This document shows, piece by piece, positions 16,217 to 24,968 of a DNA stretch of 26,891 nt; position 1 is the stretch's first letter, and the number at the start of each line of letters is the position of its first letter. Under the pieces are notes generated by a model. That model searched no databases. It was not told the origin of the DNA and saw nothing but the letters and a program-made list of their open reading frames with translations. This stretch comes from Bdellovibrionia bacterium. Lineage in GTDB: Bacteria > Bdellovibrionota > UBA1018. Location of the stretch: positions 1 through 26,891 of the forward strand of contig JBJMMA010000176.1 of NCBI GenBank assembly GCA_045805065.1, read 5' to 3'. Made by a program: the position numbers and the translations under genes.

Positions 16217-17449
16217 TCAGTACCTTGGGCAGGTTGAAGCCGCTTTTTCATCACCCCAACGCGCCTCAAGCTTGAGATTCGGATCATCCGTAATCAGACC
16301 CAGGTCAAACCGGCGTCGAACCTCCTTGAGATTCAAGGCGAACCCGCTTTTGTAGTTCACGGCGCAGAATTGGAAGGACTTCGTCATCTGCGCTGTGGAA
16401 TCGGGCTTTTGATCCATCGTCACTTTCACCGCTTCATTCCAGAGCGCGACGTTTCGAAACTGATTTCGACTCGCATTACGACTCGCGACGAAGCTCTTCA
16501 GATTCTGAAACTCAGCCCGGAGATCCTGGTCCCGACTCGTGGTCGAATAGTCATCAAACTCGGAGGCATTCATGCAGCGGTTGACCTTTTCCTGATAAGC
16601 TATGGCTTCATTGACGCTATCAACTCGCTCCTTGACCTTACGGCAGACGCGTTCGTAAAGGTTTCTTAGCTCATCATCAGGCGTTTCCTTGACCAATGAC
16701 AAACGGGCTTTCACAAGATCCGGATAATCCTCGCGTGGAAACTTGAACTGCTCATTGCTGTATCCAGTGATCTTCCAGGCTGGAGTGAAAAGATCTTTAG
16801 GTTCCCGAAACGCGCGAATTCCACCATTCTCATCCAAAGGAGAGACACTCGAATTGAAATGCAGATTCTCATTCAATTTTCGCACGGCCCGCGGAACGGT
16901 AGATGCGATCAAATGCAGTAGACCGGTGTTTCTGACATCTTTGATCTCATACACGTGATGCGTGTACCGAAGCAGCACATCCCCTGCTCTTACCCAGTTT
17001 CGATTGATCTCCACGGGATAAGTATCTTCTGAGATCGTAGTGCTGCTGCCCAGATTGTGAATGTATTTCAAGAACTCAAAAAACTTGTCCTTATCCGATA
17101 TGCCTTGATGATCCCAGCGAGTCATTTCATTGGAAATGGGCTTTGAGCCTCCGGATGGATCTCGAACAGCAAACGGAAGCTGATTCAGATAGGAGTAGGT
17201 TGCGCGCATGGTATAGGCCGCATCCGCGCAATCTGTCTGGAGATTATAGAGAAATGAGTTGGGATTGGTGAAGACATCCGCATTCCATTGAGTGCGAACC
17301 CATTCTGAGTACTTTGCCTCAGTTTCCGGAGTCCACTGATTACGACTCTCCCAGACCGCGCCATAGGCGCCGCTGATCGAAGTGGCACTCAAAAGAGCCG
17401 CAGTAACCCCAGAATTGAACCAATGATGAAACCTCTTTAAACAAATCAT
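16217..17449 (-). CDS. Secreted protein with a possible papain-like (NlpC/P60-type) Cys-His catalytic pair
   Basis: Signal peptide ending AYG-A. TDCAD, then GDVLL...HHVYEI, in the order typical of NlpC/P60. The function is inferred. Confidence 0.7.
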   Translation of the reverse strand: MICLKRFHHWFNSGVTAALLSATSISGAYGAVWESRNQWTPETEAKYSEWVRTQWNADVFTNPNSFLYNLQTDCADAAYTMRATYSYLNQLPFAVRDPSGGSKPISNEMTRWDHQGISDKDKFFEFLKYIHNLGSSTTISEDTYPVEINRNWVRAGDVLLRYTHHVYEIKDVRNTGLLHLIASTVPRAVRKLNENLHFNSSVSPLDENGGIRAFREPKDLFTPAWKITGYSNEQFKFPREDYPDLVKARLSLVKETPDDELRNLYERVCRKVKERVDSVNEAIAYQEKVNRCMNASEFDDYSTTSRDQDLRAEFQNLKSFVASRNASRNQFRNVALWNEAVKVTMDQKPDSTAQMTKSFQFCAVNYKSGFALNLKEVRRRFDLGLITDDPNLKLEARWGDEKAASTCPRY

Positions 17450-17463
17450 CGCATCGGGTCAAA

Positions 17464-17479
17464 AGCATGAAAAATGCCA
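17464..17479 (-). promoter_or_regulatory. Putative sigma-54 -24/-12 promoter
   Basis: TGGCAT-TTTTC-ATGCT gives an exact GG-N10-GC spacing, 14 nt upstream of ATG 17449. Confidence 0.55.
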
Positions 17480-17545
17480 TGAACCAAGGCCACTGATCAC
17501 TATCTCTTGAGTGGATGTTTAAGGGTTTTATCGAAGTCAGGCGCT

Positions 17546-17587
17546 TTAAAAACAGAAACGGCTGTCTAAGAATTAGACAGCCGTTTC
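17546..17587 (-). terminator. Rho-independent terminator of the sigma-54 activator gene
   Basis: Perfect 15-bp stem GAAACGGCTGTCTAA/TTAGACAGCCGTTTC with a 3-nt loop, followed by TGTTTTT on the minus strand. Confidence 0.85.
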
Positions 17588-17626
17588 GTTATTTGTCTTC
17601 AAATTGCTCGATGAAGTGCTTTGTAA

Positions 17627-19210
17627 TTAAGCAGCTTCGCCTGAGCCTTGGCGAGGCAGACGACGCTTATCAAGGCCGTATTTCTCGACCTTCATGATGA
17701 GACCGGCGCGAGAGATGCCAAGCTCCTTAGCGAGGCGGCTCTTGTTCCAGTTCGTGCGACGCAAGCCTTCTTTGATCATCGTCTTTTCGAGCTCTTCAAG
17801 AGCATCTTTCAACTTACCAGCCACGCGCACGCCTTGGACCTTGGTATTTTCGCCAAAGTCACGGATACGTTGCGAGAGCAGGTCAGCCGAAACACGAAGA
17901 TCTTCACCAGCAAGAACGATCACGCGCTCGATTTCATTCTCGAGCTCACGGATGTTACCTGGCCATGGATAATCAAAGATCTTCTCCATCGCGCGCTTCG
18001 CAAGCTGCTTGAGAGGAAGATTCTTCTCTTTGCAGTTACGAGCCAGGAAGTGATCCACAAGAATTGGAATATCTTCCTTGCGATCGCGCAGCGGTGGAAC
18101 CACCAGATTGATAACGTTGATACGATAGTAAAGATCTTCACGGAACGTGCCTTGCTCGACCATTTCCTTCAGATCTTTGTTCGTAGCGGCAACCACCCGA
18201 ACGTCAACCTTGCGCAGCTCGGTGCCGCCCACAGGAGTGAGCGTCCCTTCTTGCAGGACGCGAAGAAGTTTCACTTGCATCGTTGGAGACATATCGCCGA
18301 TTTCGTCGAGGAACAAAGTCCCCTTGTCAGCGGCCTCGAACAAGCCCTTCTTGTCTTTAATTGCGCCCGTGAACGATCCCTTCACGTGACCAAAGAGTTC
18401 GCTATCGAGCAGGTTCTCATTGAATGCCGAGCAGTTCACGGTCACGAACTGGGCGTTACTGCGTGGCGAATTGAAGTGAATTGCACGCGCAATGAGCTCT
18501 TTACCGGTACCGTTTTCACCTTGGACAAGGACGGTCGATTCAGAGGTCTTGATCTTGTCGAGCATCCCATAGAGATCTTGCATCGGTTTGGACTTGCCGA
18601 TCATCTGATCATAGCTATAGCGATTGCCGAGTTGGTTATTCAGAGCGTTGATGCGCTCTTCGCGCTTCGTGATTTCCGTATGGAAAGCTACGATTTCTTG
18701 CGCCACAAGATCGATCAGCTCATAAAAGTATTTTCTTTCACCATCATTCAGCGCGCGAAGCTGAGAGACAGCGAGATCAAAGGTCTGGCCGTCAAAGCCC
18801 CAGGACTCCACCGCTGAACGTGCTTTGGAGCGGGTGCTTTCAGGCGCGTTATTGTCCACGTAAGCATAAGCGTAAACGGTCCCAAGAAACTCGTTATCCA
18901 CTTGGATCTTGGACACGACGACGCTTTCAACGCCTGCAGGACCAGGAACAACGATATGAGGTTCCTTGGAGTGAAAGACCTTCTCATTGGTCTCAGTCAC
19001 ATGCTTGAAAATAAGCTGACGCCCCTGCTCGCGGGTAAAGAACATCGAGGCAAGCGGGTTCTTGAAATCTCTGCGTCGATCCAGCGAATCGTAATTGCGG
19101 ACCTGACCGCGCTCGTCCACGAAGAAAATATCCGTGTTAAACCACTGGGCGAGGATTTCTTCCAGTTTTCTGATAACATGAATATGCTTTAGCTCTTCCC
19201 AATTGATCAT
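17627..19210 (-). CDS. Sigma-54-dependent enhancer-binding protein with N-terminal PocR-like sensor, AAA+ domain and Fis-type HTH
   Basis: Walker A GENGTGKE, SELFGH-x-K-GSFTGA, Walker B LFLDEIG, FREDLYYR, WPGNIREL, and HTH WNKSRLAKELGISRAGL. The N-terminal domain is not a receiver; the PocR call is from recall. Confidence 0.93.
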   Translation of the reverse strand: MINWEELKHIHVIRKLEEILAQWFNTDIFFVDERGQVRNYDSLDRRRDFKNPLASMFFTREQGRQLIFKHVTETNEKVFHSKEPHIVVPGPAGVESVVVSKIQVDNEFLGTVYAYAYVDNNAPESTRSKARSAVESWGFDGQTFDLAVSQLRALNDGERKYFYELIDLVAQEIVAFHTEITKREERINALNNQLGNRYSYDQMIGKSKPMQDLYGMLDKIKTSESTVLVQGENGTGKELIARAIHFNSPRSNAQFVTVNCSAFNENLLDSELFGHVKGSFTGAIKDKKGLFEAADKGTLFLDEIGDMSPTMQVKLLRVLQEGTLTPVGGTELRKVDVRVVAATNKDLKEMVEQGTFREDLYYRINVINLVVPPLRDRKEDIPILVDHFLARNCKEKNLPLKQLAKRAMEKIFDYPWPGNIRELENEIERVIVLAGEDLRVSADLLSQRIRDFGENTKVQGVRVAGKLKDALEELEKTMIKEGLRRTNWNKSRLAKELGISRAGLIMKVEKYGLDKRRLPRQGSGEAA

Positions 19211-19248
19211 TTAGGCACCCTCTGTTTTGTATTCCGTGTCTTTTATGC

Positions 19249-19276
19249 GTATCGGCAGGAGGTGCCAGAAACTTGA
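19249..19276 (-). promoter_or_regulatory. Putative sigma-28-like promoter
   Basis: TCAAGTTT-N12-GCCGATAC, 38 nt upstream of ATG 19210. Confidence 0.6.
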
Positions 19277-19383
19277 TCATTACTTGATCAGAAAGGGCTA
19301 AACTTTAGTCACACTGTCATTTGTTCAGACGAATCGCAGAGTTGGAAATTTGACGATTGTTAAGATAAGATCCGGCCTAACTT

Positions 19384-20637
19384 ATGAAGAACTACCTCTT
19401 TTTCGACAATGCAGCGACGACTCGATGTTGTGATTCCGCAGCCACCCTTCTTCATCGCTTTGCGACGGAAGACTTCGGAAACCCCTCCTCAAGCCATGCC
19501 TACGGTCAGAAAGCATCCAAAGCCATCGCCGATGCCCGCCAGTTCTTCGCTCAAACCTTCAAAGTAAAACCTGCTCAAGTCATCTTTACCGGTGGAGGAA
19601 CCGAAGCCGATAACCTTGCTGTTTATGGCATCGCCCTTCAAGCCATTGTGAACGCGAACAAGGCAAGCTCTCAGACCGGCAACCCCGCCGCTCGTCCCCG
19701 GGTGCTGGCGTCCGCAATCGAGCACCCCGCCGTTCGCAAAACCGTTGAATCCCTCTCTGAGATGGGAATCGATGCCCAGCTGATTCCAGTGAACGCAGAC
19801 GCTCAAATCCGGATGGACGCATTGGAACAGCTGCTGACTCCTGAAACCGTTCTGGTGAGCATTCAGCAAGTGAACAACATTGTAGGCTCTGTCCTGCCGG
19901 TCACTGAGATTGCCCGCCGCTGCAAAGAGCTTCAACCCAATGTCATTTTCCACACCGACGCCGTTCAGGCTTTTGGAAAAGTGGAGCATCCGGTCTCAGG
20001 CTCTCCTGTCGATCTGGTTTCCATCTCCGGTCACAAAGTCCATGGCCCAAAAGGTGTGGGCGCACTCATCGTCTTGAATGAAAATCTGTTGAAAAGCGGA
20101 ATCCGTCCGCTCATCTGGGGCGGTGAACAAGAAGGTGGCCTGCGCTCGGGAACTCAAAACGCTGGATTGATCGCCGGCTTCCATGCTGCTGCTCAAGAAA
20201 CGCTTGCTCAAAAGCCACAAGTCGAAGTGCATGTGAAGAAGCTTCAGTCCTATTTCAAGGAAATGCTTCTGGCCCGAGGCCTGACTCACGCAGAACCCAC
20301 TCGCTGCCTTCTTCGTTGGAACTCCCCTTCTCAAGCTGTTCCACACATCATCAACCTCAGTCTCATGCAAGTCGCGCCCGGAAAATCAGCAGGTTTGTTA
20401 CCAGGCGGGCTACTGGCTCAGATGCTTGAGGAGCGAGGCTGCCTGGTATCCACGGGCTCCGCTTGCAGCTCCAAAAAGAAAGCGCCAGACGCTGTCCTAA
20501 TGGCAATGGGACTTCCAGTGGAAGCTTGCGGCGCAGCTCTCCGAATCAGCTTCTCTTCCTCCAATAAACTGGAAGATGTCGATACTCTGATCGCAGCTTT
20601 GGACGAGTCGCTCCAGATGATGCGCTCACTCTTTTAG
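19384..20637 (+). CDS. iscS: Cysteine desulfurase (IscS/NifS class I, PLP-dependent)
   Basis: FFDNAATT, FGNPSS, TGGGTEADN, IEHPAV, HTDAVQ, SGHKVHGPKG (PLP Lys), and STGSACSS (catalytic Cys). Confidence 0.92.
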   Translation: MKNYLFFDNAATTRCCDSAATLLHRFATEDFGNPSSSHAYGQKASKAIADARQFFAQTFKVKPAQVIFTGGGTEADNLAVYGIALQAIVNANKASSQTGNPAARPRVLASAIEHPAVRKTVESLSEMGIDAQLIPVNADAQIRMDALEQLLTPETVLVSIQQVNNIVGSVLPVTEIARRCKELQPNVIFHTDAVQAFGKVEHPVSGSPVDLVSISGHKVHGPKGVGALIVLNENLLKSGIRPLIWGGEQEGGLRSGTQNAGLIAGFHAAAQETLAQKPQVEVHVKKLQSYFKEMLLARGLTHAEPTRCLLRWNSPSQAVPHIINLSLMQVAPGKSAGLLPGGLLAQMLEERGCLVSTGSACSSKKKAPDAVLMAMGLPVEACGAALRISFSSSNKLEDVDTLIAALDESLQMMRSLF

Positions 20638-20641
20638 AAAG

Positions 20642-21211
20642 TTACTTGCCGTCAACCTTTTGAGAGAGCTCATCCATCATGCGGACAAAGTTAGGATTCT
20701 TCCAATCCTGAGGGCCGACCCATTTCGTGATGATCTCCCCTTTCGGGCTGATCAAATAAGTTTCAGGAAATGCGTAAGATCCATATTGCTCAGAGACCTG
20801 GGTCTTGGGATCAATGACTGATACTACGCCGGGAGGCAGGTGATCCGTTGGCAGGACTTTATGAGCCGCTTGCCAGCTCTCATCCAAGCTGACAGCGAAC
20901 AGCTGAACCGGCTTTCCTTTGAATGCCTCAGCCATCTCGAGCCAATTCGGAATTTCCCCCAGACACGGCGGGCACCAGCTTGCCCAGAAATGCAAAAGCA
21001 CGATTTTTCCGCGAAAGTCTGACAATTTATGGGCTTTACCCTCTGCGTCTTGGAGCGCAAAGTCAGGCGCAATGCGATAGGCTGCAGCATCCTTTGAGCT
21101 CACGGGAGAGTCCGTAGAAGATCCCTTGGAGTTCCAATGGGTTACACCAAATACCACTCCACCCAACAGAGTTAGTGTAATAAATCCGACTAGAGCATTT
21201 CGTTTAGTCAT
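20642..21211 (-). CDS. TlpA/ResA-family thiol-disulfide oxidoreductase
   Basis: N-terminal TM, APDFAL, LSDFRGK, FWASWCPPC, and the FPETYLI cis-Pro motif. Confidence 0.93.
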   Translation of the reverse strand: MTKRNALVGFITLTLLGGVVFGVTHWNSKGSSTDSPVSSKDAAAYRIAPDFALQDAEGKAHKLSDFRGKIVLLHFWASWCPPCLGEIPNWLEMAEAFKGKPVQLFAVSLDESWQAAHKVLPTDHLPPGVVSVIDPKTQVSEQYGSYAFPETYLISPKGEIITKWVGPQDWKNPNFVRMMDELSQKVDGK

Positions 21212-21235
21212 TTTAAGGTCTTAACTATGCCCCAG

Positions 21236-21265
21236 TTGCATCCTTTTGCAACTTCTCTCTATAAT
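21236..21265 (+). promoter_or_regulatory. Putative sigma-70 promoter giving a leaderless HNH transcript
   Basis: TTGCAT-N18-TATAAT, then 6 nt to ATG 21272, with no SD. Confidence 0.6.
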
Positions 21266-21271
21266 AGAAGT

Positions 21272-21835
21272 ATGGGCCATGCATTGATACTCAATGCTTC
21301 CTTCGAACCACTTCATATCGTTACCTGGCAGCGCGCGATTCAGCTTCTGTTTCAAGGGAAGGTAGAAGTAATCGAAGAATCGGATCAAGAAATCCGAACG
21401 GTGCGCCTGACAATCAAGGTGCCCGCGGTGCTGCGTCTTCTGAACTACGTCCCCCTCTCAAAAAAGAAGAACATCATCCGCTTCTCCAGGACCAACATCT
21501 TTCAAAGGGACAACAACACTTGCCAGTACTGCAGCAGGCAGTTCAATAAAACGCAACTCACCCTGGATCACGTCGTTCCAGTCGTGCAGGGTGGCCGCAA
21601 GTGCTGGGAAAACATTGTCACTGCCTGCAAGCCTTGCAATCAACGCAAGGGAGGGCGCACCCCAGCGCAGGCCAATATGCATCTGATTCGCAAGCCTCGT
21701 CAGCCAAACTGGCTCCCTGGGGCAAGCATTACCTTTGGCTTTGCAAAAACACCTGAACGTTGGCGGCTCTATCTGAACCTGGACAAGAACTCAGATCCGA
21801 ACGCCGATCCTGACTTTGATCCAGAGACTTCTTGA
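21272..21835 (+). CDS. HNH endonuclease (McrA-like/HNH_5 family)
   Basis: ALILNASFEPL N-terminus, FSRTNIFQRD, CQYC, TLDHVVP...GG...WENIVTACKPCNQRKG. Start re-placed at ATG 21272. Confidence 0.92.
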   Translation: MGHALILNASFEPLHIVTWQRAIQLLFQGKVEVIEESDQEIRTVRLTIKVPAVLRLLNYVPLSKKKNIIRFSRTNIFQRDNNTCQYCSRQFNKTQLTLDHVVPVVQGGRKCWENIVTACKPCNQRKGGRTPAQANMHLIRKPRQPNWLPGASITFGFAKTPERWRLYLNLDKNSDPNADPDFDPETS

Positions 21836-22371
21836 GTACCACAACTGAGACCCCCCGCACTTCTGGCGCTGAGAACTCCCCTCAAGCGGTAACGGACACG
21901 AGCTTAGCGATCGAGAACATCGTCAAGAACTACGGCGATTTGCTCTTTGATCTCTGCGAATCCATTCTCTGGAGCCCTTCTGCCGCTCGCGCGGCTTTCC
22001 GCTCGATCATCGCTGAAATCAAAAAGCGTCGCGAGGCGGAGGCTTTCGTCGACTACGAGCGTGCCTGGGCCCTTCACATCGCCTGCGATAAACTTCGCGC
22101 GCTTTCGGATCGCCATGCTCGCAAGCTCACCCCTTCCGAGCAAATCGAGCTGGATTCCATCGAAGACTCAAGCGGCCGCATCAAGAAATTCGACAGCTTC
22201 TTTCACCGCCTGAGCCTGGAAGATCAGCTTCTGATGCTTTTAAAAGACAAGTACGGAATCCCGATGGCCGAGATCGCAACTGCTCTCGGATCCCCTGAAG
22301 GATCCCTCAAGCTTCGCCGCGCCCAGGCTCTGCGCGCGATGGAAGATTGGCTTTGGGGGCAGACCCAGTGA
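21832..22371 (+). CDS. ECF-type RNA polymerase sigma factor (atypical region 2)
   Basis: Sigma4-like LSLEDQLLMLLKDKYGIPMAEIATALGSPEGSLKLRRAQA and sigma2-like YGDLLFDLC...RAWALHIA. Adjacent to a ZAS anti-sigma gene, with a TTGA overlap with the HNH stop. Confidence 0.75.
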   Translation: MSTTTETPRTSGAENSPQAVTDTSLAIENIVKNYGDLLFDLCESILWSPSAARAAFRSIIAEIKKRREAEAFVDYERAWALHIACDKLRALSDRHARKLTPSEQIELDSIEDSSGRIKKFDSFFHRLSLEDQLLMLLKDKYGIPMAEIATALGSPEGSLKLRRAQALRAMEDWLWGQTQ

Positions 22372-23333
22372 ATTGCTTTGATTGGAACAACCGCGCATCC
22401 GATTACCTGGACGGCACGCTCATGGGCGCAGTCAAAGCCGAGGCTGACCAACACCTCGATTCCTGCCGCGAATGCAGTGAGCGCTTCAAGCACTACCGGA
22501 TCATCCTGAATTCCATCTCAGCACAACCTCGCGCAACCCTTCCGATTCCAATCCGCAAGTCCCCACTGCTCAAGGGATTACCTCGTTTCAGCTTTCGAAT
22601 CAGCCGCTCTCGCTGGGATCATATTCCCTGGTACCTGCGCACCTCAATCGAGGGCGTTGGAATTGTATCCATGATTCTTCTCGGGATCTCAACCGGCCCA
22701 AAACTGCGTTCCGTCTATGAGCGCAGCATGGAGAGCAATCTCGAAGAGTTCACTCAGTCCTTCCGCGAATGGCGCGAATCACGCTTTCAAACCGCCGACG
22801 AGGAAGCCCCTCTCACCCGCGGAAAATCAGTTGCCCCTGCATCCGTCACCGAAGGGGCAAGCCCGGATTCCCAAAAGGGCGATGAACTGGTCTCAGGAGA
22901 TAGCGACTCTGAGGGAGACAGCACTTCAGATGACGATGAGGATGATGCAACCGTCGTTGAAGGTGGCGGTGGCAACAATGACACTGCCGAAATTCGCGTT
23001 GGCTCAAACGAGATCTGGCGTTTCATGCTCAAGACGGACAGTCCGCACGAGATGCGCCCTAAGATCGTGAAGATTTTAACCGCCCTTCAGATCCCTGCAA
23101 CAACCCGCGGGATCGGCGGTATCGAAGCCCCAGGCGGCATCCAGTTCGACCTCCTGGTCGCCCCGGAAATCATCTCTGACATCAAGCACGAGCTCCAGGC
23201 CATTGCGCCTAAGCCTCCTGCAGAGCTTGAGAAGTCACCTGCTGGCCAAACCTTCACTTGGTACAAGAACAAATCCAAGACGAAGCTCCCCGATCACAAG
23301 ACCCGTGTAGTGATCTGGCTCTCGCAGATGTAG
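22368..23333 (+). CDS. Zinc-binding (zf-HC2/ZAS) membrane-anchored anti-sigma factor
   Basis: Start GTG 22368 (GTGA overlap). MNC...SDYLDGTL...HLDSCREC (HxxxCxxC), one hydrophobic segment, an acidic Ser/Asp linker and a C-terminal domain. Confidence 0.82.
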   Translation: MNCFDWNNRASDYLDGTLMGAVKAEADQHLDSCRECSERFKHYRIILNSISAQPRATLPIPIRKSPLLKGLPRFSFRISRSRWDHIPWYLRTSIEGVGIVSMILLGISTGPKLRSVYERSMESNLEEFTQSFREWRESRFQTADEEAPLTRGKSVAPASVTEGASPDSQKGDELVSGDSDSEGDSTSDDDEDDATVVEGGGGNNDTAEIRVGSNEIWRFMLKTDSPHEMRPKIVKILTALQIPATTRGIGGIEAPGGIQFDLLVAPEIISDIKHELQAIAPKPPAELEKSPAGQTFTWYKNKSKTKLPDHKTRVVIWLSQM

Positions 23334-23424
23334 CCTTGACTCGAGCAATGAGAGCTCCAGCCCCCGCAGACGGAATGGAACCGAGAGTGAAATTCGTTGA
23401 GACGAACGTCAAACCGTCCGTCGA

Positions 23425-24924
23425 TCAATTTGTCGGATACTGTTGATTGATGACGCTGTCGATGTCGCTTGGATCCATGTAAAGACTTTCGTTTTCGTCC
23501 TTACCATTCGACGATGGCTTGCTGGCCTTCAGCTCATAATCTTCGGTGCCAGCGCCTCTGGACTTTTTCACCGCCGTAGGCGCCCTATTGACCGCATTCT
23601 TTACCGTATTTTTGTTCTTCGCGGTTTGCTGACTAGGGTCCTCTCCGTTAAAGAACCGAACCACGATGTCGCGCGCGCGACAATAATCTTGCCGAGGGCC
23701 CACAGGCAATGCGTCGCAAGCTTGCGGCCCTTTAGGAGAATTCGGAGTTCCAACCACCGCATCCAATGAGTTGTTGTTCTGCTTGAACAACTTAGCCTGC
23801 TCATCTTGAGCCTTCATGATTCGATCTGCAATTTCCTTGATCCGTTCTGGCATAGGCTTGAGTGCATTCGGATCACTCGATTGCGCCTTGAGCATGCTTT
23901 TATAGACTTTCTCTGCAGCTCTGAACGAATCTTCGTCTAAGACAGGCTTGCCGTCTTTTCCCGTAAGGATTTGGTGAAACGTACCACCATTAGGATTATC
24001 TGGATCAATCAAGGCCTCGCTGACTTTCACAAAATCCTCTCTCTTAGGCGGGGTCAGCATTCTCGCTGCAATTTTCTCAGCTTCGCTTCTCAAGAACTTT
24101 TTGTCAGGAATTACATTCCCTCGACTCGCCAAATCCTTCTGCATGTCGACGTATTTTGGAATCTCAGGAAAAACTCGTTGTTTGACATTGGAGCTGTAGA
24201 TAGGACCATGATTTGAAGGTCCACCGGACTTGTTTTTCGCCGATCGAAGCTCATTGCGAAGCTTTGCCTGAGCGTCGTCATTTTGAACCAGTCCTTGCTT
24301 CAGATCTCGAAGTTGCGAGATTCGCATTTCGCGAAATTGCTCCAGGCATCGCAGCGCAGATGTATAATTATCACCGCCTTCTTGGAGCACACTGGTGTCG
24401 CAGTACTGTGATGTGATCGTAGGGATTTTGTTAACAGCATCTTGGACATCACTAGGAGACGCTGTTGAATTTGCATTGGGACCAAGCAAGGCACTGACGT
24501 CCCCTACTGTCTGCAGATTCTCCTCAATATAGATGGTCTGAGTGATCAGATTCTCATTCGCACGTTGGTAAAGTCGGGCTTGTTCATTGGTTGATAGATC
24601 CTGCATCTGCGGAGTTGCGGCCGCACCTTTCGGACCCGTCGGAACGCGACTATCGACAGCGCTCGAGCCAGACTTTATAGGAATTCCACTCTTTGGACCG
24701 TCCACTTGGACGGTTCGATGACCATCCTCAGCCCAAGCAAACGATGACAAAAGTAAAAGCCCTCCAACTCCAGTCAGAGCTGGAATGAAGTCGAGACTTT
24801 GTTTTAATAACTGACCCAATTTGGGTCGGATAAAACCCGTCATTCGATAGGGACCCCGTCCAATCCATTTTGACATTTCCGATTTTTCAGGTCCACTATT
24901 TAAAAAGCGTGTAATTTTGGACAC
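23425..24924 (-). CDS. Hypothetical exported protein
   Basis: 499-aa ORF. The hydrophobic segment GVGGLLLLSSFAWA resembles a signal peptide, so the true start is probably downstream of 24924. No recognisable domain. Confidence 0.7.
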   Translation of the reverse strand: MSKITRFLNSGPEKSEMSKWIGRGPYRMTGFIRPKLGQLLKQSLDFIPALTGVGGLLLLSSFAWAEDGHRTVQVDGPKSGIPIKSGSSAVDSRVPTGPKGAAATPQMQDLSTNEQARLYQRANENLITQTIYIEENLQTVGDVSALLGPNANSTASPSDVQDAVNKIPTITSQYCDTSVLQEGGDNYTSALRCLEQFREMRISQLRDLKQGLVQNDDAQAKLRNELRSAKNKSGGPSNHGPIYSSNVKQRVFPEIPKYVDMQKDLASRGNVIPDKKFLRSEAEKIAARMLTPPKREDFVKVSEALIDPDNPNGGTFHQILTGKDGKPVLDEDSFRAAEKVYKSMLKAQSSDPNALKPMPERIKEIADRIMKAQDEQAKLFKQNNNSLDAVVGTPNSPKGPQACDALPVGPRQDYCRARDIVVRFFNGEDPSQQTAKNKNTVKNAVNRAPTAVKKSRGAGTEDYELKASKPSSNGKDENESLYMDPSDIDSVINQQYPTN

Positions 24925-24968
24925 ATAGCTCTCTGCCTCGAAAAGACCGCGATAGACCTCGGTTCTAC

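Noticed and set aside
17648..18817. 389-aa plus-strand ORF
   Set aside because: Antisense to the conserved AAA+ activator; such open antisense frames commonly arise from codon bias.
19255..19268. TGGCAC...TGC resembling a sigma-54 promoter upstream of the activator
   Set aside because: The GG-to-GC spacing is 8 nt, not the required 10.
21272..21835. HNH gene as a mobile element or restriction/defence system
   Set aside because: No methylase, intron, terminal repeats or defence neighbours. It belongs to a widespread stand-alone chromosomal HNH type.
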